The notes under the pieces: model-generated | Database searches by the model: none | What the model was told of the DNA's origin: nothing | Seen by the model: only the letters and a program-made list of their open reading frames with translations | Program-made: the position numbers and the translations under genes | Shown here: positions 19,783 through 29,259 of the stretch, in pieces | Position numbering within the stretch: position 1 is the first letter of the stretch | Layout: each line of letters begins with the position of its first letter | Assembly: GCA_016286235.1 (NCBI GenBank) | Contig: JAEESJ010000013.1 | Coordinates: forward strand, 1,950 to 65,949 | Direction of reading: 5' to 3' | Source of the DNA: Opitutales bacterium | GTDB taxonomy: Bacteria; Verrucomicrobiota; Verrucomicrobiia; Opitutales; UBA9783 | DNA length: 64,000 bases

Positions 19783-21087
19783 TTACACCCAACCGAATAC
19801 GATTGCCAACAGCGCGCCCAAAAACAGCGGGATGTTGTAGTGCAAAAACGTCGGAATGCAGGTATCGCGCATGTGGTCGTGTTGCCCGTCGATGTTTAAT
19901 CCCGATGTCGGACCGAGAGCCGAATCGGAAACGGGCGCGCCCGCATCTCCCAAAGCACCCGCGGCGGCGATCAAGATCACAATCTCCGGAACCGTGTAAT
20001 TCAACTTAACGCACAACGGAACAAAAATTGCGGAGATAATGGGAACGGTGCTGAAGGAAGATCCGATGCCGACGGTTACGATTAAACCGACGAACAGAAC
20101 GAGAAACGCGGAGACGCCTTTGCTTTCCGGAAGCAACGGCAACAGCTCGTTCACAAGGCGTTCAACGCTTTTGGTTTCCTTCAAAACATTGGCAAAACCG
20201 CCTGCCGCCAGCATCACAAACGCCACAAAACCCATCATAAAAATCCCCTTGTGGATCAGTTGATCGCTCGAAACCACTTTAAACGTAATCAAAACGCCAA
20301 GCCCCGTCAACGCACCCAACGGTAACGAATCCGTAATCAACTGAATGGCGAAGGCGAAGATAATCGACAAAAATAAAACAACACCTTTTCCCTTAGAGGT
20401 TGCTTCCACCTCAGACGGAGCATCGGCGGTTAAAGGTTTGTCTTCGTAAAGGCGCGGTTTGCGGTAAGAAACGAAGACGGCAATCAAAAGACCGAAAAAC
20501 ATGGAAACACCGAGAAACGTGAAGCAGTGGCGGTTTGCGGCATAGTCTATTGCCACACCGTTCCGTTGAAGATTATTGACGATCAATTTTTGATAAATCA
20601 GACCAAAACCCGCCGGGACGGAAATGTAAGTTCCTACCAAACCGAAGGTCAGAATACAGGCGATCAGCCGACGATCAATGCGCAATCGGTTCATCAACGG
20701 CAACAGCGGCGGCATCAGCATCGGAATAAAAGCAATGTGAATAGGGACGATATTTTGCGACGCCATCGCCATGCAAAGCAAAACAACGAACAAAACATAT
20801 TTTTTGTCTCCGATACAACGCGCCGCCGTTTGCGAAAGTGTTGCAGACAGTCCGGTATGTATCATGGCGGCGGCAAACGAACCCAGCAAAATGTAACTGA
20901 GCGACATTTCGGCGTTATTGCCCATCCCCTGAATGAAGGTATCGATGACATTCTTAACGGGGACGCCGGCGCAAATCCCCGCCGTCAAAGCGGCGACGAG
21001 TAAAGCGAAAAGGACGTTGGTCTTTCTTAAACAAAGGATATATAAAACAAAAACGGAAATAACGACCGGGTTTGTCAAAACAGCCAT
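19783..21087 (-). CDS. NhaC-family antiporter/permease (YuiF-like)
   Basis: Polytopic membrane protein whose N-terminus resembles YuiF/NhaC-family proteins (by recall). The ATG at 21087 (MAVLTNPVV...) is preferred over the TTG at 21108, which lies inside a tandem repeat. Confidence 0.7.
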   Translation of the reverse strand: MAVLTNPVVISVFVLYILCLRKTNVLFALLVAALTAGICAGVPVKNVIDTFIQGMGNNAEMSLSYILLGSFAAAMIHTGLSATLSQTAARCIGDKKYVLFVVLLCMAMASQNIVPIHIAFIPMLMPPLLPLMNRLRIDRRLIACILTFGLVGTYISVPAGFGLIYQKLIVNNLQRNGVAIDYAANRHCFTFLGVSMFFGLLIAVFVSYRKPRLYEDKPLTADAPSEVEATSKGKGVVLFLSIIFAFAIQLITDSLPLGALTGLGVLITFKVVSSDQLIHKGIFMMGFVAFVMLAAGGFANVLKETKSVERLVNELLPLLPESKGVSAFLVLFVGLIVTVGIGSSFSTVPIISAIFVPLCVKLNYTVPEIVILIAAAGALGDAGAPVSDSALGPTSGLNIDGQHDHMRDTCIPTFLHYNIPLFLGALLAIVFGWV

Positions 21088-21088
21088 A

Positions 21089-21131
21089 CAAGCAAAATTT
21101 TTAAGCAAGCAAAATTTTTAAGCAAGCAAAA
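21089..21131. repeat. 17-bp tandem repeat, about 2.5 copies (AGCAAAATTTTTAAGCA)
   Basis: Read directly: units at 21091-21107 and 21108-21124, plus a partial third copy to 21131. Immediately upstream of the transporter ATG. Confidence 0.8.
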
Positions 21132-21287
21132 GACTTATAAGCCGACAAAAGAACGGTTCCGATCGCTTCGTGTGTTTTACGAAAAATGTTCCTGTTTTTC
21201 ATATTTTTCCAACTTTTGCACCTTGTGTACGTAAAATCGGAAAAAACTTGATAAAACAAGTCGCTTATGAGCGAATAAGAACAATTC

Positions 21288-21719
21288 ATGGCAATCACAA
21301 CCCGAAAGTTGGGACAGGTTTTAAACATTTACGAAGGCAAAAACGGTACGTTGATGTGCCAACTGTTGATGAAGCGTGCCGAATGTTACAACAACTTCGA
21401 AGGTTCGGACGAAAACGGCGAACGCGTGGTTTCTTCGGAGTTAGCGTTAACGATTGAAGTTATTTCTCTTGATGCAAATCGCTGTCGGTTAAAAGGAATT
21501 ACGGAGAAAACTTTCACGGTGCACGCAGGTAATCGGATTGAATTCATTGATCCGAAGGACAAAACAATCGCAAGAGTAAAGGTGAAAACAATTAATTTCA
21601 GCTCGTCGGCGAACAACCCGAAAGACAGTGATATTATTGAAATACAGGCAGGTTGCGCAACCGATTGGGTTATTGAGTGGGATACCGAATCTTGTTCGGT
21701 CAATTTCAAAGAGAAATAG
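21288..21719 (+). CDS. hypothetical protein
   Basis: 143-aa ORF with no recognisable motif. It precedes the 83-aa FLAREIAFG-family gene on the same strand. Confidence 0.45.
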   Translation: MAITTRKLGQVLNIYEGKNGTLMCQLLMKRAECYNNFEGSDENGERVVSSELALTIEVISLDANRCRLKGITEKTFTVHAGNRIEFIDPKDKTIARVKVKTINFSSSANNPKDSDIIEIQAGCATDWVIEWDTESCSVNFKEK

Positions 21720-21814
21720 TTTAAAAAATTTTTAAAAAACCATTGACAATACAAAAAATTATGAAAGAATAACAGGGTGTTGCGACGGCATTCGCCGGAG
21801 CGGAAGAGTTCTTT

Positions 21815-22066
21815 ATGAATGATAAAAATAATGCGGGCGGCGTTCCGTCACGGGAATTTCTCAACGGTGCCCTTCGAAATCTGACGGAAGCGAGTAATCG
21901 GTTGGCGTGTCTGCAAGGCGAGATTTCAAGAGCTTCAAAAGCACTTACGGATGCGGGTGCTGAACTGGAACATTTGTTAAAAAGCGTTTCGACTATCCAC
22001 GAAACAGTTTCGGAAGCCAACAGTTTTCTCGCAAGGGAGATTGCTTTCGGCGATCAAATGCGGTAA
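21815..22066 (+). CDS. small helical protein, FLARE[IA]AFG family (copy 1)
   Basis: 83 aa and full-length alignable to the 86-aa ORF at 51999..52259. Shared elements are MN..NN..VPS, LEHL and the C-terminal FLAREIAFGDQ versus FLAREAAFGQN. Conservation between the paralogs supports coding. Confidence 0.6.
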   Translation: MNDKNNAGGVPSREFLNGALRNLTEASNRLACLQGEISRASKALTDAGAELEHLLKSVSTIHETVSEANSFLAREIAFGDQMR

Positions 22067-22269
22067 CGTGTCAACCTCGGATACACGCCGATTGTTGCAA
22101 GGTTCAAGACGTCCGTTGTGCCCGTGTTATCGTGCTTTGCGAAGCACAGGCAACGGTTTCGGGCGAATAAAAAGGATCGTTGCATGTTAATGACAGGGGT
22201 TCGGAAAAATTTTCCCGGTAAATCGTTATTTTAATTGCATCCTGCCGTCAAAACCGGCATCTTGGGGAT

Positions 22270-22776
22270 GTGGAGAACGACTTAAAGCACATCCTGGCAG
22301 GCATACGGCTGATGGTTTTTGACGTGGACGGCGTGCTGACCGACGGGAAGATTTACTTTTCGGATCAGGGCGAAACCATGAAGGTTTTTAACGTCAAAGA
22401 CGGCTTGAAGGTTTGGAAAATGAGTTTGGAGGGCTATCAATTCGGCATTATCACCGGCGGAACCAGTCCGATTGTGACCAAACGCGCCGAGTACATGGGC
22501 GTACAACACATTTTTTTGGGTGTTTTGGACAAAAAACCCGTGTTTGACGGTTTGATTAAAAAACTGAATCTACAACCGCACGAAGTCGCATTTATGGGCG
22601 ATGATTTGATCGATTTGCCCGTTTTAAAAGCGGTCGGTTGCGCCGCCTGCCCGAACGATGCGATTTCCGAAGTGAAAAGCGTGTGTAATTTTATTTCGCA
22701 CCATAACGGCGGTTGCGGCGCGGTTCGGGAATTGTGCGACGCCGTTTGGGAGGCACAACATCCGTGCGCTGGTTAG
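22270..22776 (+). CDS. kdsC: KDO 8-phosphate phosphatase (HAD family)
   Basis: 168 aa with a GTG start. HAD motif I FDVDGVLTDGKIYF, then GDDLIDLPV... typical of KdsC. Confidence 0.85.
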   Translation: MENDLKHILAGIRLMVFDVDGVLTDGKIYFSDQGETMKVFNVKDGLKVWKMSLEGYQFGIITGGTSPIVTKRAEYMGVQHIFLGVLDKKPVFDGLIKKLNLQPHEVAFMGDDLIDLPVLKAVGCAACPNDAISEVKSVCNFISHHNGGCGAVRELCDAVWEAQHPCAG

Positions 22777-23837
22777 CCCTCGAAAGTTCGTGCGATGAAA
22801 CGGCACTCGCCGTTTGGGATACCGAGCAGCGACGAGTGTTGTATGAAAGTGTTTTATCACAAATCGATATTCATGCTTCCTACGGCGGCGTGGTTCCGGG
22901 CATTGCCATCCGCGAACACTTGAAGGGCTTTCCGATTTTACTGGAAGAACTTCAAAAGAATTTCGATTTATCGACGATTGACGCACTTTGCGTAACACAC
23001 GGTCCGGGATTGATCGGCTGTCTCGGCATGGGTGTTGCATACGCACAATCGTTGCAATTATTGCTAAAATATCCGCTGTACGGCGTCAATCACCTGCACG
23101 GACACGCACTGTCGCCGTTTATAGAAACATTTGAAGAAGATAAAAATTTTACGTTTGAAGCCGTTTGTCCGCACTTGGGGTTGTTGGTTTCGGGGGGTAA
23201 CACGCTGTTGTTTGAAATGAATGTTGAAGGTATCCCGGACGGTTCAGGTTCAAAAGATGCCGTTCAAACAGGCACATTTTCTCAAAAACTTACCTTTCGC
23301 ATTCTGGCGCAGACAGTCGATGATGCGGCGGGTGAGGCGTTGGATAAAGGCGGGAAATTATTGGGTTTTCCATACCCGGGAGGACCACTCGTCGAACATT
23401 GTGCACAGGGCGGAGATGAGGATTTTGTTCAATTTCCGCGCGCCTTTTCTCAAACATCGGAGTTGAAATTCAGTTTTTCGGGCTTAAAGACAAGTTTGCG
23501 CTATTTTCTGGAAAAATTATCCCAAGAAACGATCGAAAAACAAAAAGCCTCAATTTGCGCCTCCTACCAGGCGGCGGTTATCGATGCGCTTGTTTGCAAA
23601 GTCCGACAAGTATTGCGCATGAAAACATTTAAAAGCCTCGGTGTCTCGGGCGGCGTTTCCAACAATCAACGTTTGCGGCAACAACTGCAACAGACGGCGG
23701 ATCGGGAAAAAATTCCGCTGTTTATGCCGAAGCAAAAGTATTGCGGCGACAATGCTGTGATGATCGCCTTTGCCGCGCCTTGGGTCGCTTCGGCGGTACA
23801 TCTCAATCCCAATCGGACGTTGAACGAAGCCGTTTAA
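22764..23837 (+). CDS. tsaD: tRNA N6-adenosine threonylcarbamoyltransferase TsaD
   Basis: LALESSCDETALAV and the metal-binding NHLHGH motif. The GTG at 22764 is chosen as the start. The ORF track extends to 22713, inside kdsC. Confidence 0.9.
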   Translation: MRWLALESSCDETALAVWDTEQRRVLYESVLSQIDIHASYGGVVPGIAIREHLKGFPILLEELQKNFDLSTIDALCVTHGPGLIGCLGMGVAYAQSLQLLLKYPLYGVNHLHGHALSPFIETFEEDKNFTFEAVCPHLGLLVSGGNTLLFEMNVEGIPDGSGSKDAVQTGTFSQKLTFRILAQTVDDAAGEALDKGGKLLGFPYPGGPLVEHCAQGGDEDFVQFPRAFSQTSELKFSFSGLKTSLRYFLEKLSQETIEKQKASICASYQAAVIDALVCKVRQVLRMKTFKSLGVSGGVSNNQRLRQQLQQTADREKIPLFMPKQKYCGDNAVMIAFAAPWVASAVHLNPNRTLNEAV

Positions 23838-24142
23838 CAGGGCAGGGGGCAAAGCAGGACGGGGTACCCCCGTGTACGTACGAAAAAATAATATCAAGCT
23901 TCCATTGCATACTTCTTCCCTCTTTCTTCCGTTGCCGGAATACTTGGAATTACGTTCTGTCATGTAATGAAAAATAAAAAGGTTGTGGCTTGATTTCGAA
24001 ATATGTACTTCAAGACACGTATGACAACATTTTCTTCTTATCCATATTGAGGACTGTTTTCTATTCAAAGTACGCCGCTTACATTCCTGTCTGTTCGTTG
24101 ACAAAAGTGCCGAAACAGGCAAAAATACGAGCAAGCGGTTCT

Positions 24143-24427
24143 ATGGAATTAAAGCATTTAACGGTCGGGTTGCGTCCTGATTTATATCAATACCTTGAAG
24201 AACGCGCGGAACACGCAGGCGTTTCGACGGATCGATACGCGGCAATGAGTCTGGAATGGATGCGCGCAAAGGATACGGGAGGAGTAGAGAAAGGAGAGGA
24301 AGAGGTTGAACCTTATCGTGTTGAAGAATTGTATCGTGAGATTGATGAAGCACGAAGGGATCTTAAAAACGGCAAATTGAAGGTGTATCATTCCGCCGAC
24401 GAAGTTTTTAAATCCTTGGGAATATGA
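24143..24427 (+). CDS. ribbon-helix-helix antitoxin (family copy A1)
   Basis: 94 aa from the ATG at 24143 (MELKHLTVGLRPDLYQYLEERA...). Paralogous to the ORFs at 50221, 53756 and 59771, sharing [LF]RPxLY near the N-terminus and ..EE[MV]F..LG at the C-terminus. Its stop overlaps the YoeB start by 4 nt (ATGA). Confidence 0.75.
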   Translation: MELKHLTVGLRPDLYQYLEERAEHAGVSTDRYAAMSLEWMRAKDTGGVEKGEEEVEPYRVEELYREIDEARRDLKNGKLKVYHSADEVFKSLGI

Positions 24428-24677
24428 ATGCGGTTTATCGAAATCATTTTATAAAAGATCTCGAAAGAGCGAGATATACACCGCTTCTTGCGGAGATAAA
24501 ACGACTTATTGCGCTTGTTCTTGAAAATCCCTTTCAAACGCCGCCGCCTTACGAAAAACTTTCGGGTCGCAAGCGAACGTATTCATACGGAGAATTAACC
24601 GACAGCATCGATTGGTGTATTCTTTGGAGACAAATGACACCGTGCTTTTTGTAAGCTGCTGGAGCCACTATAAATAA
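24424..24677 (+). pseudogene. yoeB: YoeB/Txe-family toxin, frameshifted
   Basis: The N-terminal part (..ENPFQTPPPYEKLSG..TYS) is in frame 1. The YoeB core RRINRQHRLVYSLETNDTVLFVSCWSHYK* continues in another frame from 24588 to the stop at 24675-24677. There are two extra nucleotides (ta, 24586-24587) relative to the intact copy at 59526. Confidence 0.75.
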
Positions 24678-24780
24678 ACGAAAGCGGTAAAAAGCGGAAT
24701 TGTTATATACCTTTGGTTGTTAGGGAAGCATACCGATTTATATCCTTGCATTTGAAAGAAAGAATTTTTAGAAGGAAGAC

Positions 24781-25524
24781 ATGAGGCGGCTGGAAGGACA
24801 TACGGCGGTTGTGACGGGTGCCGGACGCGGCATCGGGAAAGCAATCGCGGAAGCCTTTGCAAAAGAAGGCGCGGCTGTTTTGTGTGTCAGCCGCAATCCG
24901 GAAAATTGCCAATCGGTTGCCGAAGGTATTCGCTCTTCGGGCGGGAAAGCGGATGCGTTTCCGATGGATGTTTCCGATAAGGCAAATATCGCGGAAGTTT
25001 GCCAAACGCTTTTGGAACGCTATCCGAAGGTTGATATTTTGGTGAACAATGCGGGCATCATTCGCGACAAATTGTTCATCAAAATGAGCGATGACGATTG
25101 GGAGCAGGTGCTTTTCACGGATTTGTTCAGTGCCTTTTATATTTGTAAACAATTTGTACCGTCTATGGCACGCAATCGTTGGGGACGTATTATCAATATG
25201 GCGTCGGTTTCGGGTGTAATGGGAAATGCAGGGCAGACGAATTATGCGGCGGCGAAAGGCGGTTTAATCGGTTTCACGAAATCGCTGGCAAAAGAACTTG
25301 CGGGGCGTGCCGTCACGGTTAATGCCATCGCGCCGGGTTTTGTCGACACCCAAATGGCGCAAAGTCTAGGCGAAGAAACGTTGGAACAGGTAAAAAAGGT
25401 TATTCCGGCGAAACGTTTGGGAACAACGGAAGATGTTGCAAACGCCGCTGTTTTCCTGGCTTCCGACGAGGCTTCTTACATAACGGGGCAGGTGTTGCAC
25501 CTGAACGGCGGTTTGTACATGTAG
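24781..25524 (+). CDS. fabG: 3-oxoacyl-ACP reductase
   Basis: 247 aa SDR. TGAGRGIG, NNAG and YAAAKGG motifs, upstream of acpP-fabF. Confidence 0.9.
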   Translation: MRRLEGHTAVVTGAGRGIGKAIAEAFAKEGAAVLCVSRNPENCQSVAEGIRSSGGKADAFPMDVSDKANIAEVCQTLLERYPKVDILVNNAGIIRDKLFIKMSDDDWEQVLFTDLFSAFYICKQFVPSMARNRWGRIINMASVSGVMGNAGQTNYAAAKGGLIGFTKSLAKELAGRAVTVNAIAPGFVDTQMAQSLGEETLEQVKKVIPAKRLGTTEDVANAAVFLASDEASYITGQVLHLNGGLYM

Positions 25525-25584
25525 AAACGGCTTGCTTCCCCGCAGAAAACTTTTATCGTAGAAGTATAGAATTTGACGGATTTT

Positions 25585-25869
25585 ATGGCAGAAAATACAT
25601 CAAACAATGCATCCGATTTGAGCATTCGGGAGCAGGTTAAAAATGTCATCACGGAAGTCCTCGGCGTTAAGCCGGAGCAAGTAACGAATGAAGCTTCCTT
25701 TAAGGATGATTTGGGTGCGGATTCTCTGGATCAGGTTGAATTGGTGATGAAGTTGGAAGAAGTTTTTAAAGAAAAAATCAACGGCGAAATTTCCGAAAAA
25801 GATGCCGAACAGCTGACAACCGTTGGCAGTGTCATTAAATATATCGAAAACGGCGGAAAACTCGCTTAA
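25585..25869 (+). CDS. acpP: acyl carrier protein
   Basis: 94 aa from the ATG at 25585. Phosphopantetheine site [14 protein letters not shown]. Confidence 0.9.
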   Translation: MAENTSNNASDLSIREQVKNVITEVLGVKPEQVTNEASFKDDLGADSLDQVELVMKLEEVFKEKINGEISEKDAEQLTTVGSVIKYIENGGKLA

Positions 25870-26094
25870 TGTTTGAACGGTTCAAGACGATTTTTTCCAT
25901 AGGAAACCCCTGTCCGCTCGGCGGGAAGCAGGTTCAGATATGTTTCTGAAGGAGAAAGTTTGCACGTTATCATGGTTCCCCTGCGGGTTTTGTTGGCGAA
26001 TGCATGTGTATTGCGGATCGGTCTTGGGAGCGTGTGCTCCGCGATTTACGATTGAGTTGTCGGTTTAATTCGATCGAAAACCGTTATTTTTGAC

Positions 26095-27345
26095 ATGAAC
26101 AGCGGTCGTGTTGTTGTTACCGGATTGGGGACTGTAAATGCCCTTGGGCATAATGTTGAAGAATTTTGGTCGGCTCTGATTGCGGGTCGTTCGGGAATAC
26201 GAACCGTATCACACTTTGATGCGTCCAAATTGCCGTGTAAGGTAGCTTCGGAGATTGTCGGTTTCGATCCGTCGCCGTACATGGATGCAAAGGAAGTCGG
26301 TCGCACCGATCCCTATGTTCAATATGCGGTTGCCGCCGCTAAAATGGCGATTAAAGATGCGCAATTATCAATTTCCGATGCCGAATCGGAACGTTGCGGC
26401 GTGTTGATCGGTACCGGCATTGGGGGCATGCAAAATATCCAGGAACAGTCGTTTAAACTTTTTTCCAAGGGTCCCAAGTATATTTCGCCGTTCATGATCC
26501 CATCCATCATTTGCAACATGGCTTCGGGAACGGTTGCGATTGCATTGGGAATGCGCGGACCGAGTTTCGGTATCGTCAGTGCCTGTTCGTCGGGTTCGCA
26601 CGCCATCGGCGAGGCATATCGTTGCCTGCAATGCGGCGACGCGGACGTAATGGTGGCAGGCGGTACGGAAGCGGCAGTTCAAATTCTGGCGTTTTCGGGC
26701 TTTTGTTCCATGAAAGCTCTAAGTACACACTTTAACGATTGCCCCGAAAAAGCCAGCCGACCGTTTGATGCACAACGCGACGGCTTTGTGATGGGGGAAG
26801 GGGCGGGTGTCCTGGTATTGGAAACCTTGGAACACGCACAGAAACGCGGCGCACATATCTACTGCGAACTGACAGGTTATGCAGCTTCCTGCGACGCTTT
26901 CCATATCACGCGCCCCGAACCGTCAGGACGAGCATTGATTTCGTGCTTTAAAACTCTGCTGGAGAAATCAAAAACTCCCGTCGATGCGGTTGATTATATC
27001 AATGCCCACGGTACATCAACGCACTATAACGATTTATTGGAAACACAGGCAATCAAAGCAGTTTTCGGTGAACATTCCAAGCATTTAAACATCAGTTCTA
27101 TTAAATCGATGCTGGGGCACTTACTCGGTGCGGCAGGTGCGGTTGAAGCTGTCGCCACTGTCAAAACTCTGGAAACGGGCATTATTCCACCGACGATCAA
27201 TTACGAACATCCCGATCCCGAGTGCGATTTAAATTACACCCCAAACAAAGCCGTTAAACGTGATGTCGAAGTTGCGATTTCCGATAATCTGGGCTTCGGC
27301 GGTCAAAACAGCGCGCTGTTATTTAGAAAATTAGGGCAGGGGTAG
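26095..27345 (+). CDS. fabF: 3-oxoacyl-ACP synthase II
   Basis: 416 aa. Active-site Cys in SACSSGSHAIG and His residues in AHGTST and GHLLGAAG. Confidence 0.92.
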   Translation: MNSGRVVVTGLGTVNALGHNVEEFWSALIAGRSGIRTVSHFDASKLPCKVASEIVGFDPSPYMDAKEVGRTDPYVQYAVAAAKMAIKDAQLSISDAESERCGVLIGTGIGGMQNIQEQSFKLFSKGPKYISPFMIPSIICNMASGTVAIALGMRGPSFGIVSACSSGSHAIGEAYRCLQCGDADVMVAGGTEAAVQILAFSGFCSMKALSTHFNDCPEKASRPFDAQRDGFVMGEGAGVLVLETLEHAQKRGAHIYCELTGYAASCDAFHITRPEPSGRALISCFKTLLEKSKTPVDAVDYINAHGTSTHYNDLLETQAIKAVFGEHSKHLNISSIKSMLGHLLGAAGAVEAVATVKTLETGIIPPTINYEHPDPECDLNYTPNKAVKRDVEVAISDNLGFGGQNSALLFRKLGQG

Positions 27346-27675
27346 GAATTCCAAGAGAAAATAGTCGATTTTTATCCTATTCGGTGGTTGTATGTGCTTC
27401 GAACTTAAGAAACGTTGTAATAGCCGAAAGGCATCGGACGATTAACGAGGCTTAAAAGTCGGTAAAAAACAAGACAGCAGAACTTGGCTTTCTATACGTA
27501 CGCTCAACAGACAACCAAGGATCTTCTTGAACAGAGCACTTCGCATCGTACAATTTTATGCAAATACAACACCTGCATCAGCACGTGGCATATCGAGCAC
27601 ACACGACGCAGGTACACAAAAACACCACACCCATACCTCTCGCAGCACGTCATCCATGGCAATCGCTCGGAGTAC

Positions 27676-28788
27676 TCACATTTTTAAAACATCGTGTTTT
27701 ATCTTCTGCAACCACTTCCATGCTCGATTGTAAGGATAGTCGGTATGTTGATGTGTTTCGGCTGCCATAATTTGATCAAATTCCCGATCCGTAATTCCAA
27801 ATCTTTCTTTTATGAGATCAATGTAGCCGTTCATTTGTTCCGTATCATACAGCGGCTCCTGTAATTCCTGCATCGCCTGTTCGCGCGTGATTTGCCCCGA
27901 AACAATCATACTCGACAAGTGCGAAGTGCGTTTATCGACACCGAACTTTTTTGGGAACCAGTAACATTGAATAAACGCCGTTAAAATGTTTTCCAAGTGC
28001 TTTCGACCGTAATATTCAAAATCGCAGAATTCATTCAATTCTCTTAGCACTTTATCCCGATTATATTCAAGGTAATCCAAGGGTGTAAATTTACCGACGG
28101 TTTTTATTAACTTTTGCCACTGCAATTGCGATATAAATTTTAATTTATCAATCTTTTGCGTACCAAAACGACTGTGAATGGCTTGTAAATTGATTAAATC
28201 TTTGCAATCAAAAATAACACCTTCTTGTAAAATACTTTCCGTTGAAAAATTACCCCCTGACAGTAAATAACCAACCTTCTCTTGTTTAAAGATATCACAT
28301 AAAAAACCAAAAAGAGTGTTATCCTGTGGTATATCTAAATTGGCAACTCCGGCTTTCATGTACGCCAATGTAAGGGCATTGAATTGCTCCGCATCGGGTG
28401 TAACGGTTCGGAGTTCAACATGAGCCACGTTGCACAGTTTTTTGATATTCTGCTTGGAAATTTCCGTATCAAAACCGTCGTCAATATGAACGGCTAAAAT
28501 CCTCAATCCCCACGTATAACACAAATACGTCAAGTACGATGAATCCAGCCCACCCGAAAGTCCTATAATGCAGTCATAAGGCTTATCCTTGCCGTCACGC
28601 TTGATTTGTTCAACCATTGCCTCAATTTTGCGCTTCCCGATTTCGTTCGGGAAATAAACTTTAGGCATAATTCTCAAAGCACGCGTGCAATAGTTGCAGT
28701 AACCGTTCTCATCAAAACGGATTTCTTTATCCGATGCGTCGTTCATCACGCACCGCTTGCACCATCTTACGTTTTTTTGTTCGTTCAT
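27676..28788 (-). CDS. N-acetyl sugar amidotransferase (PP-loop ATPase, LPS/glycan modification)
   Basis: 370 aa. N-terminal Cys cluster (CKRCV...CNYC) and PP-loop GLSGGLDSS, as in the WbuX/PseA-type family (by recall). Confidence 0.75.
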   Translation of the reverse strand: MNEQKNVRWCKRCVMNDASDKEIRFDENGYCNYCTRALRIMPKVYFPNEIGKRKIEAMVEQIKRDGKDKPYDCIIGLSGGLDSSYLTYLCYTWGLRILAVHIDDGFDTEISKQNIKKLCNVAHVELRTVTPDAEQFNALTLAYMKAGVANLDIPQDNTLFGFLCDIFKQEKVGYLLSGGNFSTESILQEGVIFDCKDLINLQAIHSRFGTQKIDKLKFISQLQWQKLIKTVGKFTPLDYLEYNRDKVLRELNEFCDFEYYGRKHLENILTAFIQCYWFPKKFGVDKRTSHLSSMIVSGQITREQAMQELQEPLYDTEQMNGYIDLIKERFGITDREFDQIMAAETHQHTDYPYNRAWKWLQKIKHDVLKM

Positions 28789-28815
28789 AACTCTTTTTGT
28801 AAAAAAATCCGATTT

Positions 28816-29259
28816 TCACTCCTTCATCTTCAAAAAATTCTCCAACAAATCGCCCGCATCCGACAAAGATTGAAACAAACCGCCGTCGATCGCAATCGGT
28901 TTGCTTGTTGCCAAGCTTAAAAGAATAGCATCGCTGGGGCGAACATCCAATTCCGTAATGTGTGTCACGGAACCACAGGATTGTTGGCAAATGACCTTTG
29001 AAAAAAAAGTTTCTTTTTCGGCGCTGTAAAGAACGATATGCTGTACCGAAACATCCAGTCCGAACAGCAGGTAACGCATGAAGTCAAAGGTCAACGGACG
29101 CGACGGAGTTTGTTTCGAAGACGCAAGGCGGATTTGTTCCCCCATTACCGGATCGACGTAGATAATAAACGTTTTTTGGTCGTTCCCTAAAAAGAGACAG
29201 GTCCCGGATGAGGTCATGACGACCTGTTTCAGACGAATGAAGGTATCGGCAATTTTCAT
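28816..29259 (-). CDS. bifunctional nuclease family protein (DUF151)
   Basis: The ATG at 29259 overlaps the upstream gene stop (ATGA). RPLTFDF...VRPSDAILLSLATSKPIAI matches the DUF151 signature RP.THDL...RPSDAIALA. Confidence 0.7.
   Translation of the reverse strand: MKIADTFIRLKQVVMTSSGTCLFLGNDQKTFIIYVDPVMGEQIRLASSKQTPSRPLTFDFMRYLLFGLDVSVQHIVLYSAEKETFFSKVICQQSCGSVTHITELDVRPSDAILLSLATSKPIAIDGGLFQSLSDAGDLLENFLKMKE

Noticed and set aside
23550-24134. 194-aa minus-strand ORF bridging the tsaD 3' end and the TA upstream region
   Set aside because: It overlaps the tsaD coding sequence in antisense. It has no motifs, and its N-terminal part lies in promoter-like AT-rich DNA.
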